Assembly (NCBI GenBank): GCA_020053475.1
Contig: JAGVNC010000028.1
Span: 551 to 64,550 of the forward strand
Direction: 5' to 3'
Origin: Candidatus Omnitrophota bacterium
GTDB lineage: Bacteria; Omnitrophota; Gorgyraeia; Zapsychrales; Zapsychraceae
DNA length: 64,000 nt
Made by a program: the position numbers and the translations under genes. Below, one piece after another: positions 1-7,739 of this stretch. The stretch's first letter is position 1. Each line of letters opens with the position of its first letter. The notes under the pieces are model-generated. The model was not told the origin of the DNA and did no database searches. It saw nothing but the letters and a program-made list of their open reading frames with translations.

Positions 1-1835
1 ATATCCGCCGAGAGTTTGGCTTCATACTGAAGGACCGACTTGTATTGGTCAAGATAGGTGTCATTCCGGGACTTTAATTCCGTTTTATTTAAGACTCCCT
101 GTTTTTCAAATAGCTTAGCCACATTAGGATCATCATTAAGGGCCGCTAAGGCTTCGGGCGTGCTAACTAAATTAGGAAGGCCTCTTTTCTTGGCTTCTTT
201 GACCCATTCTTCGGTGTAGTTATCACCGTTAAAGATGACCCGTTTATGTTTTTTGATAATGTCTGAAAGCGTTTTTTGAACAGCTTTATTAAAATCTTTC
301 TTATCTTTTTTGGCTTGTTCAAGTTCGTCACAGATCTCATCGACGGCCTCAGCAACGATCGTATTTAATATAATGTTGGCACCCGCTAAACTCATCCCGG
401 ATCCGACGGCTCTAAACTCGAATTTGGATCCCGTAAAAGCGAACGGGGATGTTCTGTTACGATCCGAAGCGTGGCGAGGTAACGCCGGTAGCGAATCAAC
501 GCCGACTTCCAACGAACCGCCTTGTTTCGTGCTCTTCGCTCCGCCTTTTTCGATCTGTTGGATAATATCCATCAGCTGTTCGCCCAAATAAATGGAGATG
601 ATGGCGGGAGGCGCTTCATGCGATCCTAAACGATGATCATTGGCAGCCGAAGCGACAGAAGCTCTTAACACATGAGCATACGTGTCGACAGCTTTGATCA
701 CGGCACATAAAAAGATTAAAAATCTCTCATTTTCATGAGGATTGTCGCCGGGAGATAACCAGTTCTTGCCATCGGGACCGGTCATCGACCAGTTGCAATG
801 TTTTCCGGACCCATTAATCCCGGCAAACGGTTTTTCATGCAAGAGACAAGCGAGCCCGTGTTTTTCGGCCACTTTTTGCATCACTTCCATGCATAACATG
901 TTGTGATCAACGGCCAAGTTTTGATTTTCAAAAACCGGAGCGACTTCATACTGCGAAGGGGCGACTTCATTATGGCGCGTTGTCGTCGGAGAACCAAGCC
1001 TCCACATTTCGCGATCTAAGTCTTCCATAAACCCGATGATCCGCGTTTTAATGGCCCCAAAATAATGATCCGCCATTTGCTGATGCTTGGCTGGTTCCTT
1101 ACCGAACAATGTACGGCCGGTTTGGATCAGGTCGATTCTTTTATTGTAAAATTTACGATCAATTAAGAAATATTCTTGTTCTCCTCCCAATGTTGAATAA
1201 GCTTTGTTGGTGATTTTTAATCCCAACAACTTTGCCAACCGTTCCGCTTGGATGGCGAGAGCCTTGATGGATCGAAGGAGGGGTGTTTTCTTATCCAGCG
1301 CTTCTCCCTTCCAGCCGATGAAATACGTCGGGATACAAAGAGTGGCGCTTTTCACCCCTTCTTTAATAAACGCAGGGCTTGTGGGATCCCATCCGGTATA
1401 TCCTCGAGCTTCAAATGTCGGCCTTAATCCGCCGGAAGGAAAACTAGAGGCATCAGGTTCGCCCTGAATCAGCTCTTTGCCAGAAAAATCAAGGATACAG
1501 CTGCCTTCCCCGTCCGGCTTGACAAAAGAGTCATGTTTTTCAGCCGTAAGGCCGGTCAGCGGCTGGAACCAATGGGTAAAATGTGTTGCGCCCTTGTTCA
1601 GCGCCCAATTCTTCATCGCATCGGCAACTTCATCGGCAATGCTGGGATCCAGTTTCCCGCCATTCTTGATTGTTTCACTGATCGATTTATAGGCTTTTTC
1701 GGATAAATAATTACGCATCGTCTTCAAACTAAAAACGTTTTGACCGTAATATTCCGTTATCGAATTCGCACCTTCCATGCCCTTTTCTCCTTTGCTTGTT
1801 GTAAAATCAATTCCTTGCAATCTCGATGGATTCAT
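1..1835 (-). CDS. glnN: Glutamine synthetase type III (GlnN), N-terminal ~610 aa; 3' end of the gene lies off the window. Start ATG at 1833-1835 with RBS GGAGAAACG.
   Basis: Minus-strand translation from 1835 reads [95 protein letters not shown]..., which is typical of the GS type III N-terminus. It has no stop inside the window, so the ORF track omits it. Confidence 0.8.
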   Translation of the reverse strand, partial: MNPSRLQGIDFTTSKGEKGMEGANSITEYYGQNVFSLKTMRNYLSEKAYKSISETIKNGGKLDPSIADEVADAMKNWALNKGATHFTHWFQPLTGLTAEKHDSFVKPDGEGSCILDFSGKELIQGEPDASSFPSGGLRPTFEARGYTGWDPTSPAFIKEGVKSATLCIPTYFIGWKGEALDKKTPLLRSIKALAIQAERLAKLLGLKITNKAYSTLGGEQEYFLIDRKFYNKRIDLIQTGRTLFGKEPAKHQQMADHYFGAIKTRIIGFMEDLDREMWRLGSPTTTRHNEVAPSQYEVAPVFENQNLAVDHNMLCMEVMQKVAEKHGLACLLHEKPFAGINGSGKHCNWSMTGPDGKNWLSPGDNPHENERFLIFLCAVIKAVDTYAHVLRASVASAANDHRLGSHEAPPAIISIYLGEQLMDIIQQIEKGGAKSTKQGGSLEVGVDSLPALPRHASDRNRTSPFAFTGSKFEFRAVGSGMSLAGANIILNTIVAEAVDEICDELEQAKKDKKDFNKAVQKTLSDIIKKHKRVIFNGDNYTEEWVKEAKKRGLPNLVSTPEALAALNDDPNVAKLFEKQGVLNKTELKSRNDTYLDQYKSVLQYEAKLSAD

Positions 1836-1880
1836 ACGTTTCTCCTTATCTTTTGAACCTTAACCTCCGGCGGGGGCCTG

Positions 1881-1922
1881 AAAAACAAAAATCCTCTTAA
1901 CATACACGACATGTCGAAGAGG
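1881..1922 (-). terminator. Leader intrinsic terminator (attenuator) in the glnN 5' UTR: stem CCUCUU...AAGAGG followed by AUUUUUGUUUUUC on the minus-strand RNA.
   Basis: Inverted repeat cctctt (1893-1898) / aagagg (1917-1922) with an A-tract at 1881-1891 on the plus strand, which is the U-tract on the minus RNA. It lies between the predicted promoter and the glnN ATG. Confidence 0.6.
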
Positions 1923-1934
1923 ACTTCAATGCCC
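1921..1934 (-). promoter_or_regulatory. ANTAR-type target hairpin GGGC-AUUGAA-GUCC (hexaloop with A1 and G4). Its 3' strand overlaps the downstream terminator stem by 2 nt.
   Basis: Minus RNA reads guagGGCAUUGAAGUCCucuuc. The same 14-nt module recurs at 4028-4041 and, with an AUCGAA loop, at 4127-4140. Confidence 0.6.
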
Positions 1935-1990
1935 TACATCTGATTTCGTTGAAATCTTAAAAGCGTCATCGCTTTTTAAAGAATGGTTGA

Positions 1991-2019
1991 AGTATACAAT
2001 TAGCGCCTTTTCTTGTCAA
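1991..2019 (-). promoter_or_regulatory. Sigma70-type promoter of glnN: -35 TTGACA (2014-2019), 17-nt spacer, -10 TATACT (1991-1996).
   Basis: Minus strand reads tttcTTGACAagaaaaggcgctaattgTATACTtcaacc, with a perfect -35 and a near-consensus -10. Confidence 0.6.
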
Positions 2020-2074
2020 GAAATTTTTCTGGAGACACCTAACAAATTTATGGCCATCAACCATTTGTTGATGA

Positions 2075-2117
2075 TTTTTTAGAGGACAGAGGCCGTGAAT
2101 CTCTGTCCTCTAAAAAA
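2075..2117. repeat. Perfect palindrome TTTTTTAGAGGACAGAG-N9-CTCTGTCCTCTAAAAAA (17-nt arms) between glnB and the glnN promoter. A second palindrome ATCAAC-cattt-GTTGAT sits at 2055-2071.
   Basis: Read directly from the sequence. The U-tract precedes and the A-tract follows the stem on both strands, so it is not a canonical terminator in either direction. Confidence 0.7.
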
Positions 2118-2128
2118 CTTTCTTGAAC

Positions 2129-2470
2129 TTACCCGATGGCTTCAGAACCTTCTTCGCCGGTGCGAATGCGGACACATCGCGACATGTCAAGAACGAAAAT
2201 CTTACCATCGCCGATGTTCCCCGTCCTAGCTCCACGAACAATGGCTTTGACGGTTGGCTCAACGAAGTCTTCGTTGACACCAATTTCCAAGCGAACTTTT
2301 CTCAACAGGTTTCCTGTTTCCTTGGCCCCACGGTAAAGCTCCGTGACCCCTTTTTGCTTTCCGTGCCCTAAAACAGGGCTGACGGTAATCAGGTTCACAT
2401 CCGCCTTATAAAGCTCTTTTTTAACATCCTCGAGCCTATGGGGTTGAATAATAGCGATCACTAACTTCAT
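2129..2470 (-). CDS. glnB: Nitrogen regulatory protein P-II (GlnB/GlnK family), 113 aa.
   Basis: MKLVIAIIQPHRLEDVKKEL...GVTELYRGAKETGN... The T-loop Tyr51 lies in the RGAKE context, and the gene is immediately downstream of amtB (the amtB-glnK arrangement). Confidence 0.9.
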   Translation of the reverse strand: MKLVIAIIQPHRLEDVKKELYKADVNLITVSPVLGHGKQKGVTELYRGAKETGNLLRKVRLEIGVNEDFVEPTVKAIVRGARTGNIGDGKIFVLDMSRCVRIRTGEEGSEAIG

Positions 2471-2527
2471 ATGTCCTCCTCCGATGTTTCCTAATGTTGA
2501 TTGTTGAAATCGGTGGTTTCTTAACGA

Positions 2528-3766
2528 TTAGTCTAGAACGGTATAAGCAACCTCGTGATGTTGGGTCAAGTCAAGGCCGATGGCTTCATCTTTATCAGCC
2601 ACTCGAAGGCCCATAACGACATCGACGACCTTGGCGATGATAAACGTCGCAACGAAGCAGTAAACAACCGTAATGCCGACAGCAATAAGCTGTTTAGCCA
2701 CTAGCCCAGCGTTGCCGTAAAATAACCCATCGGCTCCGGCGGGATTAATCGTTGTTGTGGCAAATAATCCGGTTGCAATGGCCCCCCAGGCTCCTCCAAT
2801 GCCATGGACGCCAAAGGCATCCAGAGAATCATCGTAGCCTAACTTAGGTTTCACCACACCTACCGCAATAAAGCAGAACACACTAACTAATAAACCAATC
2901 ACAATGGCGCCCATCACGTTGACAAAACCAGCGGCCGGAGTGATCGCAACCAATCCTGCGACAATGCCAGTAACGGTCCCGAACATCGTCGGAGAACCAT
3001 TAAACTTCCATTCCAACAGCGCCCAACTTAACCCCGCCGCAGCAGCAGCGGTATTGGTAACGACAAACGCGCTAACGGCAAGGCCATTGGCGGCCAAGGC
3101 ACTTCCGGCATTGAACCCAAACCAACCGAACCAAAGAAGCGCGGCGCCTAAGACCGTAAAGGGAAGATTGTGCAAGGGCATTGGTTTATTTTCATATCCT
3201 TTTCTTTTGCCTAAAACGATCGCCATGACCAAAGCAGCAATCCCAGCATTGATATGGACAACAGTTCCGCCGGCAAAATCCAAAGCTCCTAAATTACGGA
3301 TAAATCCGCCCACGGCCCAAACCATATGACAAATCGGGGCGTAAACAAACGTTGCCCACAAGACGATGAAGACCAAAAAGGCCGAGAACTTCATTCTTTC
3401 CGCAAAAGCCCCAATAATCAACGCAGGCGTGATGATGGCAAACATGGCCTGGAAGATCATGAAGGCCTGATGGGGAATCGTGGCTGAATAATCCGCATAA
3501 GGTTCTAAGCCGACACCGTTCAATCCCGCCCAGCTCAATCCTCCGATAAAAGAATTGCCCGGACCAAACGAAAGGCTATACCCAAAAAGCACCCACTGCA
3601 GGCTCAACACGCATAATACGGTGAAGCATTGCATCAAAACACCTAAAACATTTTTCCGTCTGACCATGCCTCCATAAAAAAAGGCCAATCCCGGCGTCAT
3701 CAACATGACCAGCGCTGTCGACGCGAGCACCCACGCTGTATCCCCGCTATTAATCACTGCTTCCAT
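2528..3766 (-). CDS. amtB: Ammonium transporter AmtB, 412 aa.
   Basis: Polytopic membrane protein with Amt-family motifs (FGFNAGSA, GAIAERM-like AFAERMKFSAF). A strong RBS AAGGAGGAGG precedes the ATG at 3764-3766. Confidence 0.9.
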   Translation of the reverse strand: MEAVINSGDTAWVLASTALVMLMTPGLAFFYGGMVRRKNVLGVLMQCFTVLCVLSLQWVLFGYSLSFGPGNSFIGGLSWAGLNGVGLEPYADYSATIPHQAFMIFQAMFAIITPALIIGAFAERMKFSAFLVFIVLWATFVYAPICHMVWAVGGFIRNLGALDFAGGTVVHINAGIAALVMAIVLGKRKGYENKPMPLHNLPFTVLGAALLWFGWFGFNAGSALAANGLAVSAFVVTNTAAAAAGLSWALLEWKFNGSPTMFGTVTGIVAGLVAITPAAGFVNVMGAIVIGLLVSVFCFIAVGVVKPKLGYDDSLDAFGVHGIGGAWGAIATGLFATTTINPAGADGLFYGNAGLVAKQLIAVGITVVYCFVATFIIAKVVDVVMGLRVADKDEAIGLDLTQHHEVAYTVLD

Positions 3767-3797
3767 TGGTTACCTCCTCCTTTTTATCCCTGTTCAT

Positions 3798-3929
3798 TTA
3801 TTGTTCGTTTTTGTTTTTCAACGATGAGACAAACCACTTAAAAACAGCATAAAAACAAACCGCATTCAACATTAAAAGAGAGAATAATAATGATGCTCCG
3901 ATTTTACCCATATGCCCGGCGATAAACAT
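3798..3929 (-). CDS. Small hydrophobic leader ORF (43 aa, one predicted TM helix) ending 31 nt upstream of amtB.
   Basis: Sequence MFIAGHMGKIGASLLFSLLMLNAVCFYAVFKWFVSSLKNKNEQ, with RBS GGAG 7 nt upstream of the ATG. It sits inside the long amtB leader. It is below the ORF-track length cutoff. Confidence 0.3.
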   Translation of the reverse strand: MFIAGHMGKIGASLLFSLLMLNAVCFYAVFKWFVSSLKNKNEQ

Positions 3930-3978
3930 GTTTGTTCTCCTATCGTTAAGTGACATTATCATCGCTTGCAGGGGGCTT

Positions 3979-4029
3979 TAAAAAAGAAAAGCCCTCTTTG
4001 AAAGCTACCCACAGCTTTACTCAAGAGGG
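3979..4029 (-). terminator. Intrinsic terminator/attenuator 1 in the amtB leader: extended stem CCCUCUU-gagu-AAAGCU...AGCUUU-ca-AAGAGGG followed by CUUUUCUUUUUU.
   Basis: Plus strand reads aaaaaagaaaagCCCTCTTtgAAAGCTacccacAGCTTTactcAAGAGGG. Confidence 0.6.
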
Positions 4030-4041
4030 ACTTCAATGCCC
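4028..4041 (-). promoter_or_regulatory. ANTAR-type hairpin GGGC-AUUGAA-GUCC overlapping terminator 1 by 2 nt.
   Basis: Plus strand ggacttcaatgccc, identical to the glnN leader copy at 1921-1934. Confidence 0.6.
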
Positions 4042-4085
4042 ATCTTCAAGGCCATTCTTTGTATCGTGATGTTATATCCCGACGA

Positions 4086-4128
4086 CAAATAAAAAATCCC
4101 AACACTTGATCCATTTCCATGCGTTGGG
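4086..4128 (-). terminator. Intrinsic terminator/attenuator 2 in the amtB leader: stem CCCAAC...GUUGGG followed by AUUUUUUAUUU.
   Basis: Plus strand aaataaaaaatCCCAACacttgatccatttccatgcGTTGGG, read directly. Confidence 0.5.
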
Positions 4129-4168
4129 ACTTCGATGTCCTTGCTTACTTGAAACCTTCTTTGGTTTC
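4127..4168 (-). promoter_or_regulatory. Canonical ANTAR dual-hairpin target. P1 is GAAACC-AAAGAA-GGUUUC (4151-4168), then a 10-nt linker, then P2 GGAC-AUCGAA-GUCC (4127-4140). P2 overlaps the 5' strand of terminator 2.
   Basis: Both hexaloops have A at position 1 and G at position 4 on the minus-strand RNA only. On the plus strand the loops would read UUCUUU and UUCGAU. Confidence 0.6.
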
Positions 4169-4198
4169 GTAAGACGGCTTTGTCTTTAGAACAGAAAG

Positions 4199-4227
4199 AG
4201 TATACTATCTAAAAAATTGGGTGTCAA
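4199..4227 (-). promoter_or_regulatory. Sigma70-type promoter of the amtB-glnB operon: -35 TTGACA (4222-4227), 17-nt spacer, -10 TATACT (4199-4204). This leaves a leader of about 420 nt.
   Basis: Minus strand reads ttttcTTGACAcccaattttttagatagTATACTctttc, the same architecture as the glnN promoter. Confidence 0.6.
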
Positions 4228-4251
4228 GAAAATTTTTAAAATATCCGTTTT

Positions 4252-5493
4252 TTATTTCTTTTGATGCTGAAGCTCATCCATCAGGATAATCGATTCGGAG
4301 ATATCTTTCATGGAACGGCAGGAATCCATGCTCTTTTTGTGAATCAATTTGTAGGCCGCTTCTTCCCCCAGATTGTTTAGCCGCATCAAAATCCCCTTGG
4401 CGCGTTCAACAATTTTACGCGTTTCTAAGGCTTCCTTCGCTTTAATGGCTTCTTCCATGAGTTTAGTGTTCTCAACGGCCACGGCCGCTTGGTTGGCGAC
4501 CATCTGCAAGATATTGATTTCGTCTTCGATAAAGGCATGGGGCGCCTTGGTATAAGTGCTAATAACCCCAATGGCCTTATTCTTCACGATCATGGGGACC
4601 GCCAACATGGATGTCAAATTTTCGCGCACCGCCAATTCACGAAATCGATATTCCTTTTCCTGGCGGACGTCATAAATCGAGATTGGTTTTCGTTCCCGAA
4701 TGACCTTGCCGCTAACACTGTCGTTGACTTTTAAATTAGGCTTCTTTTTATATTCTTCGCTTAAGCTCTGGGTGGCTTTAATGACTAATTCGTTGCCCTT
4801 TTCGTCCAACAACATAATCGAGCAAATCTTGGAATTGAGCATTTCCGCGGTCACAACGACAATCAGATTAAGAATTTCATCCAAATAATCCGGCGAGGTG
4901 ATGGATTGACTGACTTTGTTGAGACTATCAAATTGAAGGGCCTTTTTTTTCGTTTCTTCATAAAGATGGGCATGGGCGATGGTTCCGCTGATCTGCTTGG
5001 CAATCAGGGAAAGCAAGCTAATGCTGCTGGGGGTATAATCATGGGGCTTTTTGTGCTGGACGGTAACAACACCAATGGCGTTTTTTTTATACACAATCGG
5101 TACCGAAAGAAAGGCTTCGTAGCGATCTTCCGGCAGCACATCAATCTTTTTAAAACGTTTGTCACGATAAGCGCCTTTCTTGATAGCCACAAATTCATTT
5201 TCTTGGGCCACCCAACCCGTGATCCCTTCTCCCGCTTTGAGGATCACCTTGCCCAACTCTTTCTGGTGAGGGATTTTAGACGCCCGCAAAACAAGATTTT
5301 CTTTTTTCTCGTCGAAAAGATAAATAAACACCGAATCCGCCCGTGTCACTTCATTAACGACTTTGACAACTTCATTTAAAATAAAGTCCAAATTCAGCTC
5401 AGAATTGGTAATTTCCACGATCCGTCTTAACACCTTCAATTCTTCCGGCTGGCTGATGCTTAATTTTTTACTTTTTGTGTTTTCTCGGCCCAT
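4252..5493 (-). CDS. GAF-GAF-ANTAR RNA-binding response regulator (transcription antiterminator), about 413 aa. ATG at 5491-5493 with RBS AAGGGG. The ORF track begins 5 codons earlier at TTG 5508.
   Basis: The C-terminus ETRKIVERAKGILMRLNNLGEEAAYKLIHKKSMDSCRSMKDISESII matches the ANTAR consensus (ERAKGiLM, EeAY, smD). Two GAF-like domains lie upstream. Confidence 0.75.
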   Translation of the reverse strand: MGRENTKSKKLSISQPEELKVLRRIVEITNSELNLDFILNEVVKVVNEVTRADSVFIYLFDEKKENLVLRASKIPHQKELGKVILKAGEGITGWVAQENEFVAIKKGAYRDKRFKKIDVLPEDRYEAFLSVPIVYKKNAIGVVTVQHKKPHDYTPSSISLLSLIAKQISGTIAHAHLYEETKKKALQFDSLNKVSQSITSPDYLDEILNLIVVVTAEMLNSKICSIMLLDEKGNELVIKATQSLSEEYKKKPNLKVNDSVSGKVIRERKPISIYDVRQEKEYRFRELAVRENLTSMLAVPMIVKNKAIGVISTYTKAPHAFIEDEINILQMVANQAAVAVENTKLMEEAIKAKEALETRKIVERAKGILMRLNNLGEEAAYKLIHKKSMDSCRSMKDISESIILMDELQHQKK

Positions 5494-5502
5494 CAGTACC
5501 CC

Positions 5503-5531
5503 TTGCAATTCCTTGTCGACTATCCTATACT
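5503..5531 (+). promoter_or_regulatory. Promoter of the nqrM-like gene: -35 TTGCAA (5503-5508), 17-nt spacer, -10 TATACT (5526-5531). The ATG at 5538 is only 6 nt after the -10, so the mRNA is probably leaderless.
   Basis: Read directly from the plus strand. Confidence 0.4.
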
Positions 5532-5537
5532 AAGTTA

Positions 5538-5738
5538 ATGAATATCCTTCTCGCCATTGTCATCGTTGCCGGATGCTTTGCCTTCATGGGCATCGGCCTG
5601 CTGTTGGCCAAAAAATCCCTGAAAAGAGGCTGTTCCGTCGATCCTGATGCCTGCGCTTGCCGCAAAGAGGGCAAGGATCCCGCCTCTTGCGATCAAGAGA
5701 CAACAGCGAATTCCCCCAAAACAAATCCCTCAATCTAA
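5538..5738 (+). CDS. nqrM: Small membrane protein with a C-terminal 4-Cys motif, NqrM-like (DUF539, Na+-NQR maturation), 66 aa. The ORF-track start at 5475 would overlap the ANTAR regulator gene and was not used.
   Basis: MNILLAIVIVAGCFAFMGIGLLLAKKSLKRGCSVDPDACACRKEGKDPASCDQ... One TM helix plus four conserved Cys, adjacent to the nqr operon. Confidence 0.5.
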   Translation: MNILLAIVIVAGCFAFMGIGLLLAKKSLKRGCSVDPDACACRKEGKDPASCDQETTANSPKTNPSI

Positions 5739-5798
5739 TATTGGTCATTATACGTCCCTTTAAAAAGATTGCAAGAAATACATCGACGCAACGAGTCA

Positions 5799-5850
5799 AA
5801 AAAACAAACCCCGCTAGAGAACGAGTCTCGGGCGGGGTTCATTATTTTTC
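5799..5850. terminator. Bidirectional intrinsic terminator between the convergent nqrM and nqrF genes: A-tract, stem AACCCCGC...GCGGGGTT, then T-tract.
   Basis: Plus strand reads aaaaaaacaAACCCCGCtagagaacgagtctcgGGCGGGGTTcattattttt. Confidence 0.75.
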
Positions 5851-5860
5851 GAGAATCGGC

Positions 5861-7096
5861 TTAACCAAACGAGTCAAAGGCGATCATTTCTTGAGGCACG
5901 CCCAGGTCGCTCAACATTTTTTGGACGGCCGCGATCATCAGGGGCGGCCCGCACAAATAGTACTCAATCTCCTCCGGCTCTTCATGGTTCTTAAGGTATT
6001 GCTCATAAACGACTTGATGAATAAACCCTTGATACCCTGTCCAATTGTCTTCCGGTAATGGTTCGGAAAGAGCGACATTATATTTAAAATTGGGGAAATT
6101 CTTCTCAATATTCTCAAAATCTTCCGTATAAAACATTTCACGTTTTGAACGGGCCCCGTACCAATACGTCACTTTGCGGTCACGCGTTTTTAATGTATGA
6201 AACAGATGGAATAAATGGCTGCGCATCGGCGCCATCCCTGCCCCGCCGCCGATATAAATCATTTCGCGTTTCGTGTTTTTGATAAAGAATTCCCCGTAAG
6301 GGCCGCTGATCGTCGCTTGATCTCCTGGTTTTAAATAAAAGATATAAGACGAAGCCTTCCCGGGGGGAAGCGACATATCGCGCGGAGGAGGTGTCGCAAT
6401 GCGGACATTGAGCATGACAATGCCCGGCTCGGCGGGATGACTGGCCATCGAATACGCCCTGAAAATAGGCTCATCATTATGGGCCTTCAACGCCCAGAGA
6501 TTATATTTATCCCAATCGGGACGGAATTTTTCTTCGATTTGAAAATTTTGAAACAAAAGGTCTTTATATTCAGGGATGTCAATTTGAATATAGCCGCCGG
6601 CTTGAAAATTTAACGCTTGCCCGGCCGGAAGCTCTAAGACTAATTCTTTAATAAATGTCGCCACATTGCGGTTTGACCTCACCCTGCATTCATATTTTTT
6701 AATATGAAATATTTCATCGGGAATGCGGATTTTAAGATCATTTTTGACCTTCACTTGACAGGATAAACGGTAGTGTTGTTTCTGCATGGCCCGGTTGATA
6801 TGCCCTGTTTCCGTAGGCAAAATATTCCCGCCTCCCTCAAGAACTTGGCATTTGCACATCGCGCATGTCCCGCCACCGCCGCACGCGGAAGGGACAAATA
6901 TTTTATTTTCTGCCAACGTGGATAGAAGCGTTCTTCCGGCAGGAACAACAATCGGCTGAGGATCATCATTAATGAAAATCTTGCAGTCCCCCGCGGCCAC
7001 CACCTTCACCTTAATGAAAGCAATGATTGCGACTAAAAAAAGAATAATCGCCGTAAAGACAACGGTGCTAATGATGACATACTGGTAAAGTGGCAT
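5861..7096 (-). CDS. nqrF: Na+-translocating NADH:quinone oxidoreductase subunit F (2Fe-2S ferredoxin plus FAD/NAD-binding domains), 411 aa.
   Basis: N-terminal TM helix, the [12 protein letters not shown] 2Fe-2S motif and a ferredoxin-reductase-type domain. It is the last gene of the nqrA-F operon. Confidence 0.9.
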   Translation of the reverse strand: MPLYQYVIISTVVFTAIILFLVAIIAFIKVKVVAAGDCKIFINDDPQPIVVPAGRTLLSTLAENKIFVPSACGGGGTCAMCKCQVLEGGGNILPTETGHINRAMQKQHYRLSCQVKVKNDLKIRIPDEIFHIKKYECRVRSNRNVATFIKELVLELPAGQALNFQAGGYIQIDIPEYKDLLFQNFQIEEKFRPDWDKYNLWALKAHNDEPIFRAYSMASHPAEPGIVMLNVRIATPPPRDMSLPPGKASSYIFYLKPGDQATISGPYGEFFIKNTKREMIYIGGGAGMAPMRSHLFHLFHTLKTRDRKVTYWYGARSKREMFYTEDFENIEKNFPNFKYNVALSEPLPEDNWTGYQGFIHQVVYEQYLKNHEEPEEIEYYLCGPPLMIAAVQKMLSDLGVPQEMIAFDSFG

Positions 7097-7114
7097 CCAA
7101 TAATCCTTGAGCGC

Positions 7115-7729
7115 TTATAATCGAATTCCGGCAAAACACATAAATCCCATCGACATTAACCCCGATAAAAGCATGGTAATGCCCAACCCTCTTAAAGGAG
7201 CGGGAATATTTGAGTACCAAAGTTTCTTGCGGATGGCCGCCATGGAAATAATGGCCAGGGCCCAACCGATGCCCCCGCCCAATCCAAACACGATGGATTC
7301 AAGCAAATTATAATTTCTCTGATCTAAAAATAACGCAGCCCCCAAGATGGCACAGTTGACGGCAATCAGTGGCAAGAAAATCCCTAAAGCGTTATACAGC
7401 GCCGGAGAAAATTTTTCCACCAGCATCTCGACGACCTGCGTCATGGCCGCAATCACGGCAATAAAAGAAATAAAAATAAGGAAACTTAAATCAACGTTCG
7501 GCAAGCCCGCCCATGTTAAGGCTCCTTTGGCCAAGAAAAAATGCTTAATCGCCCAGCACGCCGGTGTACAAATGAGCATAACGAAAATAACGGCAATGCC
7601 AAGCCCCGTGGCTGTTTCGATCTTTTTCGAGCAGGCGATATAAGAACAATTCCCTAAAAAAAACGCCAAAAGGATATTTTCAACGAATATGGCTTTAATG
7701 GCTAAATTCACATAATGAACGACGTCCAT
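7115..7729 (-). CDS. nqrE: Na+-NQR subunit E, about 204 aa. Start at ATG 7727-7729 with RBS GGAGGG.
   Basis: MDVVHYVNLAIKAIFVENILLAFFLGNCSYIA..., an NqrE/RnfA-family polytopic membrane protein. Confidence 0.85.
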   Translation of the reverse strand: MDVVHYVNLAIKAIFVENILLAFFLGNCSYIACSKKIETATGLGIAVIFVMLICTPACWAIKHFFLAKGALTWAGLPNVDLSFLIFISFIAVIAAMTQVVEMLVEKFSPALYNALGIFLPLIAVNCAILGAALFLDQRNYNLLESIVFGLGGGIGWALAIISMAAIRKKLWYSNIPAPLRGLGITMLLSGLMSMGFMCFAGIRL

Positions 7730-7739
7730 TTTATCCCTC

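Noticed and set aside
2075-2117. The 17-bp-arm palindrome read as an intrinsic terminator for glnB.
   Set aside because: The U-tract is on the 5' side and the A-tract on the 3' side in both orientations. So it lacks the hairpin-then-U architecture. It is kept as an unexplained palindrome and possible operator.
2904-3329. Plus-strand 141-aa ORF inside amtB; other antisense ORFs inside nqr, rny, pheT, gyrA and elsewhere.
   Set aside because: They lie entirely antisense to well-supported genes, have repetitive Ala/Pro-rich translations typical of GC-biased antisense frames, and have no RBS.
5475-5738. Long form (87 aa) of the nqrM-like ORF starting at 5475.
   Set aside because: It would overlap the ANTAR regulator start on the other strand. 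The promoter-like TTGCAA-17-TATACT sits inside it, and the TM helix begins at the internal Met 5538.
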